Assembly (NCBI GenBank): GCA_043718025.1
Contig: JAYSWN010000197.1
Span: forward strand, 1 to 19,017
DNA: 19,017 nt
From: Pseudomonadota bacterium
GTDB lineage: Bacteria; Bdellovibrionota; FAC87; UBA2466
Direction of reading: 5' to 3'
Of this stretch, positions 8,878-16,303 are shown in pieces. The notes under the pieces were generated by a model that worked only from the letters and a program-made list of their open reading frames with translations, made no database searches and was not told the origin of the DNA. The translations under genes and the position numbers were made by a program. Every line of letters begins with the position of its first letter. Position 1 is the stretch's first letter.

Positions 8878-9441
8878 TTAGGGGATTTTCTCTGGCTTGG
8901 TGAACGAAATATCCAATTGGTCACCCGATCGCTCGTCGAGTAAGAGTTGGCTTAGGCTGCCGTCGGTTCTTAAACGAAGTTTCATACTGACAAAGGGATC
9001 GTTGCTCTCGGCTTTTCGGGGCCGGCAATTGAGCTCTCCGGAGGGCTCGCGTGAAACGTGGTACTCGCGGGCGATTTCGGCAGCATCGAGCTTTAGCCAG
9101 GCCACCAGCTTATCGAGCCCCTTGAATCCAGCGGTGAGGGCGGTGGTTTCGCTATTGGCCGTGCGCAAGGTGAGGTTTTTGCCATCCATCTTAAGCGTCA
9201 AGGCTGCGGGCTTTTTTACCTCCCAAATGACCTCGCGGGGGCGACGTACGGTGAGCGTTCCCGATGATTTCAGCTCAAGTTCGACCTCCTTTAGCTTTTT
9301 AACCTGGATAAAGTGCGACCGAAACGAACCCATTGAGGAATATAGCTTGAGATGCTCCTTTAGTTCCGTGGGCGAAAGATCAACGCCTTGCGCCAGGCTT
9401 TGCAGGAAAACGGCGGCAACGAAAGTAAAAAACATCTTCAT
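8878..9441 (-). CDS. LolA-like periplasmic lipid/lipoprotein carrier (ApeL-like)
   Basis: Signal peptide, then FIQVKKL..L...LKSSG, IWEVKKP and terminal ERSGDQLDISF, the pattern of cluster-type LolA paralogs. Ends 2 nt before the MMPL start. Confidence 0.85.
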   Translation of the reverse strand: MKMFFTFVAAVFLQSLAQGVDLSPTELKEHLKLYSSMGSFRSHFIQVKKLKEVELELKSSGTLTVRRPREVIWEVKKPAALTLKMDGKNLTLRTANSETTALTAGFKGLDKLVAWLKLDAAEIAREYHVSREPSGELNCRPRKAESNDPFVSMKLRLRTDGSLSQLLLDERSGDQLDISFTKPEKIP

Positions 9442-9497
9442 TTTGCAGAAAGATAGCTTAGTTGCCCGCTTCCTTCCATTACGTTAAAACGCTGGCT

Positions 9498-9764
9498 ATG
9501 AATTCTGAACGCGATCGACTGGTTTCTGAGCTGGCCGATCTCATTATTTCCAGCGTTAATCTGCGTAATACGAAGAAAGAGGAGATCTCCGAGCACACTG
9601 GTTTAATGGCCGATGGCCTGGCGCTCGACTCTCTAGATATCTTGGAAATCGTGGTCGCCATTGAGCAAAAATACCAAGTTAAGATCACCGGGCCCGAGCA
9701 GGGGCAGACCATCTTCCGCACCGTAGGGACCATTGCCGATTTTGTACAATCACAAAGAAACTAA
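9498..9764 (+). CDS. Acyl carrier protein
   Basis: GLALDSLDILEIVVAIEQKY phosphopantetheine motif and FRTVGTIADFV. ATG 9498 gives 88 aa. Confidence 0.93.
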   Translation: MNSERDRLVSELADLIISSVNLRNTKKEEISEHTGLMADGLALDSLDILEIVVAIEQKYQVKITGPEQGQTIFRTVGTIADFVQSQRN

Positions 9765-10869
9765 CCCCCCGGTTTTTATTACGGGAATGGGTATGCTGAC
9801 CGGAGCCGGAGAGGGCAGTGCGGCCCTTTGGGAAAGTGTCGTTGAGAAGCGTCAGCTCACAACAAATGGATTTGGCGAGTTGGGAGAGACCGCCGAAGCC
9901 ATTGCCCTGAATTGCGCGGATCAGGCTATGAAAATGGCGGGCTGGGCCCGACTTAACTCCGACGATGGTTTCATCCTGGCGACTACGACCGCGCAGGCTC
10001 CGCTTTGGGAGAATGACCTGGTCACCGTTCTAAGGCGTGGGCCCGAGCGTGAAGGAGAACCGTTACCGCCCTCTTTAAACAAACTTCCGCTCGGTGACTT
10101 TACCGCAACGCTGGCCCGCCATTGGGCGTTTACGGGACGCACGCAACTTGTCACTTCGGCCTGCGCCGCCAGCATCCACGCGCTCGGTCTGGCCAGCTCG
10201 TGGCTTCGCTCTGGAAAGGTGAAACGTTGTTTAGTGGGAGGCACCGAAGTTTTATGCACGCTGATCCGAAGCGGTTTTGAATCGCTTCAGCTCATTTCTA
10301 AATCGCCTTGCAAACCGTTCGATTCTAACCGGACGGGAATCAATCTATCCGAAGGAGGCGCCTTTCTCTGTTTAGAATCGGCGCCGAACGCAAAACCAAT
10401 CGGACAAATTTTAGGCCACGGATCGTCGCTCGATGCGTATCACCCAACGTCACCCCATCCCCAGGGGCAGGGTTCGGTTCGGGCCATTCAACGGGCGCTT
10501 GAGATGGCGGCGTTGAGCCCGTCGCAAATTGATTGGGTTCATGCGCACGGAACCGGATCGCTTCACAATGATCAGGCGGAAGCTTTAGCGATTCAAAGCG
10601 TGTTTTCCGGCGTTGCGATTCCGCCGGTGACTTCAACCAAAGGCACCCACGGCCATTTTTTGGGAGCTACCGGTATCATCGAGGTGGCCTTGGTAGTGGA
10701 GAGCCTGCGGCGGCAAGTGGCGTTACCCACCACCGGCTTCGTTAGTGTTGATCCCAAAGTGGTCCTTCCGGTATTGGCTTGGCCCCAATCGCAAAAAATC
10801 GATTTCGTTCTCAAAAATGTTTTAGGCTTCGGCGGCACTAACGGCGCGTTGGTGGTGGCACGCGTATGA
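9733..10869 (+). CDS. Beta-ketoacyl-ACP synthase (FabF/FabB-type, Cys-His-His)
   Basis: VFITGMG, TSACAAS (Cys codon 10162-10164), PCKPFD, EGG, HAHGTGS, STKGTHGH and GFGG motifs. The start must be TTG 9733 or 9742, inside the ACP gene. Confidence 0.92.
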   Translation: MPILYNHKETNPPVFITGMGMLTGAGEGSAALWESVVEKRQLTTNGFGELGETAEAIALNCADQAMKMAGWARLNSDDGFILATTTAQAPLWENDLVTVLRRGPEREGEPLPPSLNKLPLGDFTATLARHWAFTGRTQLVTSACAASIHALGLASSWLRSGKVKRCLVGGTEVLCTLIRSGFESLQLISKSPCKPFDSNRTGINLSEGGAFLCLESAPNAKPIGQILGHGSSLDAYHPTSPHPQGQGSVRAIQRALEMAALSPSQIDWVHAHGTGSLHNDQAEALAIQSVFSGVAIPPVTSTKGTHGHFLGATGIIEVALVVESLRRQVALPTTGFVSVDPKVVLPVLAWPQSQKIDFVLKNVLGFGGTNGALVVARV

Positions 10870-11372
10870 TTCACGTCGTAGTGTGTACGGCGACCACCAA
10901 AACGGCGGATTTGGAAACGCTGCACGACTTGGCAGATTTTCGTCGCGCTACGCTAAACATGAAGTACGCCTTTCTCGCCGCCCGCGAAGCGCTTGAGTCC
11001 CTTCCGGCCGGAATCAACCGCGATGACTTGGCGCTGGTGGTGCAAACCAATTTTGGAGAGTTGCGCTCGACCTGCGATTTTCTTTTGGGAGTCAGCGTGG
11101 AGAAGGTGGCCCGTCCGTTGGCCTTTCAAAATAGCCTGCACCATTCGACGCTCGGGTTTTTAAGCCGAGTGTTTAAAATTACCGGGCCGGGGTTAACCGT
11201 GAGTCATGAGCGTCTCAATGCGGACGAAGCGGATGATACGGCCAGCGCGCTTCTTGACGACGGTGCCAAGTACGCATTGGTGGTTAGGGTTGATGTGGCG
11301 GTCGACGCGGTTCAAGGAAAGAGCGCCCGCAGCGGTTGCACCGCTATTTTATTAAAGAGAGCCGATGTTTAA
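10866..11372 (+). CDS. Ketosynthase chain-length-factor-like protein (Ketoacyl-synt_2/ApeC-like), non-catalytic
   Basis: RRAT, TNFGEL and RPLAFQNSLHHSTLG match the CLF pattern RR...GE...SPxxFxxSVHN. No catalytic Cys/His motifs. ATGA-coupled to the KS. Confidence 0.8.
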   Translation: MIHVVVCTATTKTADLETLHDLADFRRATLNMKYAFLAAREALESLPAGINRDDLALVVQTNFGELRSTCDFLLGVSVEKVARPLAFQNSLHHSTLGFLSRVFKITGPGLTVSHERLNADEADDTASALLDDGAKYALVVRVDVAVDAVQGKSARSGCTAILLKRADV

Positions 11373-11997
11373 ATTTGCCCAAGGCGGCGTCACTTGGTTG
11401 CCGCAATCCGGAAACTCCGTTTTTCTAACCTTTGATGATGGACCCGACCCCGACGTCACTTGGTCGTTGCTTAAGCTATTGGACGAATACCAGGCCAAGG
11501 CCACGTTTTTTGTGATTGGCGAAAGGGCCCAGAGGCATGCGGCGGTGCTTAAGGCTGCGGTGGATTCGGGGAATGAGGTAGGCGATCACTCTTGGGATCA
11601 CCGGTACCGCCCATTTTTTCAGAGCCAAGCCAATCTGCAGAGTTGGATCGTGAGATCCCATTCAGAATTGGCGTCGCTTTTAGGTCGTCCTCCGGTGGGG
11701 TTTCGACCTCCCGCCGGTATTATCACTCCGCCCTTGGTTCGCGCGTTAGAAGAGCTGGGGATTGCGCTAATCCATTGGAACCGCCGTTTTTTCGACACGC
11801 GGTTTCGTATCAGCACGGCCAAAGCGATGCGGATCGCTAACCAGTTGCAGGGCGGCGAAATCGTGTTGTTACACGACGGCAATGCTCGTGATGCACGCGC
11901 GCTGATCGCCGGAGTTAAGACCGTTCTCGAGGTGGGCAAAAGCCGGGGGCTGCGGTTTCAGGCAATTCCGTATTCAGGAGTTCGCCGGGGCTGGTGA
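11365..11997 (+). CDS. Polysaccharide deacetylase (CE4/NodB)
   Basis: LTFDDGP, ATFF, HSWDH, FRPPAG and IVLLHD motifs all present. No obvious signal peptide. 8-nt overlap with the upstream gene. Confidence 0.93.
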   Translation: MFKFAQGGVTWLPQSGNSVFLTFDDGPDPDVTWSLLKLLDEYQAKATFFVIGERAQRHAAVLKAAVDSGNEVGDHSWDHRYRPFFQSQANLQSWIVRSHSELASLLGRPPVGFRPPAGIITPPLVRALEELGIALIHWNRRFFDTRFRISTAKAMRIANQLQGGEIVLLHDGNARDARALIAGVKTVLEVGKSRGLRFQAIPYSGVRRGW

Positions 11998-12032
11998 AGC
12001 CGTGAAATAGCTCCGCCATTTGCCTTCTTCAA

Positions 12033-13616
12033 TTATTCGCCGATCGTAAACTGGTTTAGATTTGTTCCCTGAAAGATCGTCTTTCCTTCTATGGAAACAT
12101 GGATTTTGAAATAGAGGCTGTGTTTCCCCTCTTTTAGGTGCAATTGATCGTACGGCATAAAAAGCTCCACGCCTTCGACCTCACCTAATTCAAACTTGCT
12201 ATGATTGTAGATGGGGACAAACTCAGATGCGACGCCGACTTGCCCGCCGTCGGTAGCGAATGCACCATCGAAATCTACGAGGGTTTTGCCGTCCGACATA
12301 TAAAACAAGGCATTGGCGAGAGCTTTAGTGCGAAGTAGTCGATGGGCGGTGAAACCCAATTGAATTAGCATTCCCTTTCGACCCTTGCGAAAAACATGAT
12401 GAGTGGTGTTTACGGTTACTCCATCGATACTCGGATTTTCTCGCAACACCAGGTCATACGTTTTTGGCGCACGCGATGAGTACCCCTTCGAGCCGGTCGT
12501 AACGGTGTGTGGCCCAAAAGTAGAATTTCCGGCGCTAGCGGTAAAGCTCACGGCGGCGGCGACCAGCGGCCCCCCACTAGCAGAGTTTAAATACTTGGAG
12601 GCTCCGGGGGCCAATTCATAACCCCATTTCTGCCCGCCGGCGGGTGTCCAATTCCACGCCTGGCCCGCTTCGTTTGGCATGTAAAAACTGCCAGATAACT
12701 TGAGCGTGCTGTCGGTCGAATTAACCAGTCGAATTTTCATTCCATTCTGAATCGGAATACTTCCATCGCTACGAGCGGCGAGTCCAAACTGAGCTGGCGT
12801 CTGGTTGTAAACTTTTGTAATTTCGGAATCCGGAAAATTTGTCTTTGCGTTGTCACGAGCATCCGAAAAAATTTCTTGTGTCCGGCTCTTTATGAAAGTG
12901 TACCCTTCTTCCCACGTCACAAAGCCATCACCATTAGAATCTACCGAGGATACCTCTGAGCAATAGAGGTCTCCTAGAGCCTGCCCAAAAAAGCCTCCGC
13001 GCCTGAAGTTGATCCACGCCAGCTCGGGGGCTGTGGCGGCAGTGATGTCAGTCACTCCGGAGTGTTCAAAGAAGAGCTGACTAAAGACTTCCCATGAAGC
13101 GGGCGAGCGCCGCGGCGGCAAAAACTGAAAAGCGCCCGGTGAGCTGCAGGCATCTGAGGTCATCACTACCAAGCGCGCGCCGGTGCCAACGAGAACGTCT
13201 TTCAGATCACTGCGATCGATATCATCCGCACTGGTGGCAAAGTAGTGACCCGTTTCCGGATCGGTAGCGCCATGCCCGCAATAATGAAACCAGACTGTGT
13301 CGGAGGGATCGTCGACGGCGTTTTCGCGGAGGTATTCATAAAGATTTTCGCGATTAAGGTAGTATTCGCCAATGGCCCTGAATTTATAGCGCTCTTCTTT
13401 GCCTTCAAAGGTTTCGGCCAGGATCTTTTCAAAAGTCTTTCGCCCTTCTACACACCCGGGGGTGACATCTGCGCCAACGGTTCCGGCATTTGTATCTACG
13501 AGATAAATCACTTTGAGTTGCGGAAGCCTAGCGGCCATCCCCTGCGGCACCAGACCGAACGTGGAGAGCAGGCATAGCCACAAAATGCGTGTAAAGACGC
13601 TTGAACACCACTTCAT
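12033..13616 (-). CDS. Secreted caspase-family (C14-like) protein with two uncharacterised C-terminal domains
   Basis: FHYCGHG (His codon 13274-13272) and SDACS (Cys codon 13148-13146) dyad, GGFF, and a DSNGDGFVTWEE loop. ATG 13616 has a GGAGG RBS and starts a signal-peptide-like sequence (MKWCSSVFTRILWLCLLSTFGLVPQGMAA). Confidence 0.85.
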   Translation of the reverse strand: MKWCSSVFTRILWLCLLSTFGLVPQGMAARLPQLKVIYLVDTNAGTVGADVTPGCVEGRKTFEKILAETFEGKEERYKFRAIGEYYLNRENLYEYLRENAVDDPSDTVWFHYCGHGATDPETGHYFATSADDIDRSDLKDVLVGTGARLVVMTSDACSSPGAFQFLPPRRSPASWEVFSQLFFEHSGVTDITAATAPELAWINFRRGGFFGQALGDLYCSEVSSVDSNGDGFVTWEEGYTFIKSRTQEIFSDARDNAKTNFPDSEITKVYNQTPAQFGLAARSDGSIPIQNGMKIRLVNSTDSTLKLSGSFYMPNEAGQAWNWTPAGGQKWGYELAPGASKYLNSASGGPLVAAAVSFTASAGNSTFGPHTVTTGSKGYSSRAPKTYDLVLRENPSIDGVTVNTTHHVFRKGRKGMLIQLGFTAHRLLRTKALANALFYMSDGKTLVDFDGAFATDGGQVGVASEFVPIYNHSKFELGEVEGVELFMPYDQLHLKEGKHSLYFKIHVSIEGKTIFQGTNLNQFTIGE

Positions 13617-13734
13617 AATGAACCTCCAAAGAGTGGAGAGTGGTACACCCAACAGCCGCCCGTGCCAAGGGTTTGCAGCTGTTCCCAACTTCTTTGAAAC
13701 GGCCCGTCAGGGGAAGCTGCCTAACGGTCAATAT

Positions 13735-14190
13735 TTACGGCGCTAAGTCGATAAACAGAATGCCGGCTGGGTCGTTGCCGAATAGGCGCCCAACCTCCAT
13801 TCGTGCGGCTAGCATTTCTCCGGAGAAGGTTTCTTTAATGACGGCGTCGCGCGAAGCAGCGTCAATCATTAGGCCCGAGTAGTGCAACATACAGGTTAAG
13901 GGTTTGAGCTTGGTGCGCATGCAAGTTCCTCTTATAAACTGTCCGGAAACATTAATAAATGGGCCGGCCGTCACCCGTCCATTGAAGACCAGGCTCGGAG
14001 TGATTTTGCCAACGAGAGCCTCCGGCAGTTCGTATTCCACGGTGAGCACGCCGTTTTTAATTGAGCCGTTGGCGACGGTGTTGGTGTAATGGGCAAAGTC
14101 GGCCAACGATTCTGGTACCGGAACTGAGTAACTCGAAGCGAATCCGGTTTGGGATAAGACGCCTAGCAATAGTAATTTGAGTGTTTTCAC
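13735..14190 (-). CDS. Hypothetical secreted protein
   Basis: GTG start with AAGGGAG RBS, signal peptide MKTLKLLLLGVLSQTGFA and a Cys pair CMRTKLKPLTC. Starts 9 nt after the regulator stop. Confidence 0.8.
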   Translation of the reverse strand: MKTLKLLLLGVLSQTGFASSYSVPVPESLADFAHYTNTVANGSIKNGVLTVEYELPEALVGKITPSLVFNGRVTAGPFINVSGQFIRGTCMRTKLKPLTCMLHYSGLMIDAASRDAVIKETFSGEMLAARMEVGRLFGNDPAGILFIDLAP

Positions 14191-14199
14191 ATATCTCCC

Positions 14200-15981
14200 T
14201 TATTGAGTTTGATTGATCTCGAAAGCTTTTTTTCGATACTTGGTTGCTCTACCGCGGCCAATTCGGTCGATAAACTGAAGCTTGAGAAGCTCGTTGAGAT
14301 CGCGGCTGGCGGTAACCTCTGAAGTCTCAAAAAGCGTGCAGCACGTCGCCGTGTCGATAAACTCGCTCTGCCGGAGTAGACGCAAAATTTGGTGTTGCCG
14401 ATGGTTGAGCCCGATCCCAATCGGCGTGGCCTCTTTCGCCACCAGCTCGGAAACGGGCGTCTCTTGCTCTCGATGAGCGAGCACCTTAATGTCGCCCCGC
14501 AATTGATAACCTTGTTCTGACGCCTCCACCCAATGCGACCGGCGCCCCAAAATTTTGCGAAGTTTAGCGACGGCCGAATAGATCAGCTGATCGTGTCTTA
14601 GGGGATGGTACTCGTATTTCCAAATTGTCGAGATCAGATCTTGTTTCGTTCTGGGCCCTTTTTGAATTTCTAGCAGCACCGCTTTTAGCGATCGAGAAAT
14701 TGCCTCCGGAAAGTGTTCTACATTTCCGCTATCGAAAATAGTCAGCGAGCCCGGTTCGAGCTCAAGGTACAGTGCCCGCTGGCCACGACTCACCGGTAGC
14801 ACCTCGGCCAGCATTCCCCAGTAACCACTTTTTAAGATGGCTTCCACCGATCCCGCCGGATCGCGTTGAAGCAGATCCCAAAGATCACCGACGATATCCT
14901 CACCAAGGCGAAGCGGCGCCTTTCCCGGAGGGGTCTGTCTCGCTAACATCCTCAAAGCCACGGCCTCGCCCACCCGGGAGGTGAGTTTAGCCACCTCTTT
15001 TTCCAGTGCGACTTCACAAACCGCAATCTTAAGTAGATTCACTAACTTCTTTTCAAATCCTCGTAGCCGAAGTTCGAGCAGAACGTCGACGGCACGATCA
15101 ATTTGGGTAAGCGCGTTTCGGATCAGATTAAGAGCAAGATGCGGCTCACCCTCCAAGTAGTGGATATAGGCGTATCTCAAATTCAGCATGGCCGCCTGCC
15201 GTCGATTCTGTGAGGCGTAAACCAGAGCGCAGCAGTCGTTCAGACAGTCTTTCGCCTCGGTTAGCCTCCCCTTTCGTAAATACTCCTGCGAAAGCTCGAT
15301 AAGAAGGGCGGACTGAGTGTAAGTGTCTTGCTTCGAAAGGCTTTTGATCTTCTTTAAAACGAGGCTGACTCCCTGAGTGCCACTGATTCCGAAACGCAAT
15401 CGGTAAGTCATGGAAGACGACTGAATGGTCTCTTTAAGCCATTCAGCCCCAAGCTGTGAGGCCAGATGCTCGCCCAGTTCCAGAGTCTTGAGTCCGCGGC
15501 TAACCTCTCCGGTCTGCACGAGTGAGTGCCCTTTTAAATCAGCGGCAAAGGCGCGGCCGTAGAGAAATCCCGCGTCCAGTGAGTAGGTAAAACTTTTTTC
15601 GGCCGCCCGTAGTGCTTTCTTGATGCTACCGGCGAAGTAATAATAAAAACCAAGCCCTTGGTGCAGGTAGAAACGGGAAATAGAGTCCTCGTTCTCTCGT
15701 CGTGATTTGATGTTCTTGATGAAATAAGCGCGCGATCGTTCGTAGAGCGAGGCTCGACATAGGCCGGTACCGAGAAAAAAACGGCAGGCAGTTTTTTGAG
15801 CCGGAGTGAGCTGTTTTTCTCGCAGTAGATAAAGGGTCTCGGCTTCGTCGATGCGTCCAAGGAGGACGAGCGCGCCCACGACGTACGAAAAATCATTTAT
15901 CGAGAATTGAGGATTAGGAGAGTCAACGGTTTGTTGTGCTACCAATTTGTGTTGGCCAGCGAAGAAAAGAGAAGCCAGCAT
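14200..15981 (-). CDS. TPR-like transcriptional regulator with OmpR/PhoB-type winged helix and a second C-terminal (DeoR-like) HTH
   Basis: Helical repeats with LG..Y...G....A patterns over the N-terminal ~350 aa. TKQDLISTIW...IYSAVAKLRKILG...EQGYQL (~14690-14500) and LNHRQHQIL...SEVTASRDLNEL...GRGRATKY (~14410-14230). Start uncertain: ATG 15981 chosen, TTG 16029 possible. Confidence 0.82.
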   Translation of the reverse strand: MLASLFFAGQHKLVAQQTVDSPNPQFSINDFSYVVGALVLLGRIDEAETLYLLREKQLTPAQKTACRFFLGTGLCRASLYERSRAYFIKNIKSRRENEDSISRFYLHQGLGFYYYFAGSIKKALRAAEKSFTYSLDAGFLYGRAFAADLKGHSLVQTGEVSRGLKTLELGEHLASQLGAEWLKETIQSSSMTYRLRFGISGTQGVSLVLKKIKSLSKQDTYTQSALLIELSQEYLRKGRLTEAKDCLNDCCALVYASQNRRQAAMLNLRYAYIHYLEGEPHLALNLIRNALTQIDRAVDVLLELRLRGFEKKLVNLLKIAVCEVALEKEVAKLTSRVGEAVALRMLARQTPPGKAPLRLGEDIVGDLWDLLQRDPAGSVEAILKSGYWGMLAEVLPVSRGQRALYLELEPGSLTIFDSGNVEHFPEAISRSLKAVLLEIQKGPRTKQDLISTIWKYEYHPLRHDQLIYSAVAKLRKILGRRSHWVEASEQGYQLRGDIKVLAHREQETPVSELVAKEATPIGIGLNHRQHQILRLLRQSEFIDTATCCTLFETSEVTASRDLNELLKLQFIDRIGRGRATKYRKKAFEINQTQ

Positions 15982-16018
15982 ATGAACCCCAAAACCGCGA
16001 CCTCCCCAATATATTCCC

Positions 16019-16040
16019 AATCCCCTCAATTCCCATCAAT
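16019..16040. promoter_or_regulatory. Candidate operator, copy 1 (AATCCCCTCAATTCCCATCAAT)
   Basis: Tandem 10-mers TCCCCTCAAT/TCCCATCAAT, 19/22 identical to 16192-16213. Lies just upstream of the regulator. Confidence 0.5.
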
Positions 16041-16191
16041 TAATTCGAGAGCTGGTCAGTGGCGGGCCCAATTCGGATCCTTCAGCGTAGGCTGGCGGGG
16101 GGATGTCCCCTTTAACTGGAGATAACGCTGATTAAATTTGCGAGTCTTTTGGTGGGGCTATTCAGTGGGGCTGAACTTTGAGTAAAAAATG

Positions 16192-16213
16192 AATCCCGTC
16201 AAATCCCATCAGT
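16192..16213. promoter_or_regulatory. Candidate operator, copy 2 (AATCCCGTCAAATCCCATCAGT)
   Basis: Tandem 10-mers TCCCGTCAAA/TCCCATCAGT, about 90 nt upstream of the LRR operon start. Confidence 0.5.
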
Positions 16214-16303
16214 TTTTAGAAGGGCTGGTAAGTGGGAAATCAATTGAGGGTCGGTCATGTTGAATATGAAGGGGCCTTAAGCGCCCCGCAATCGGAGGTA
16301 AGT

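Noticed and set aside
8897..9487. Long antisense ORF (196 aa), and similar ones at 5542-6024, 8035-8460 and 2235-2585
   Set aside because: They shadow well-supported genes on the other strand, are Ser/Arg-rich and show no motifs.
11998..12032. Expected terminator between the convergent deacetylase and caspase genes
   Set aside because: No convincing stem-loop with a U-tract on either strand.
13651..13668. Sigma-54-like -24 element TTGGCACG on the minus strand upstream of the caspase gene
   Set aside because: The sequence reads TGGCACGGGCGGCTG, so the required -12 GC is not at the fixed spacing.
12033..15981. Caspase + TPR as an anti-phage or CRISPR-associated protease system
   Set aside because: The caspase appears exported, the TPR protein has DNA-binding domains, and no cas, STAND NTPase or gasdermin-like gene is recognisable.
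16003..16250. Spacer repeats as a CRISPR array or transposon ends
   Set aside because: Only two short degenerate copies, no regular spacers, and no cas or transposase genes.
16232..16303. ORF-track extension of the LRR gene and hairpin GGGGC-CTTAAGC-GCCCC (16271-16287)
   Set aside because: ATG 16304 has the GGAGG site and the signal peptide. The 5-bp stem has no U-tract and does not cover the RBS, so it is not called as a terminator or riboswitch.
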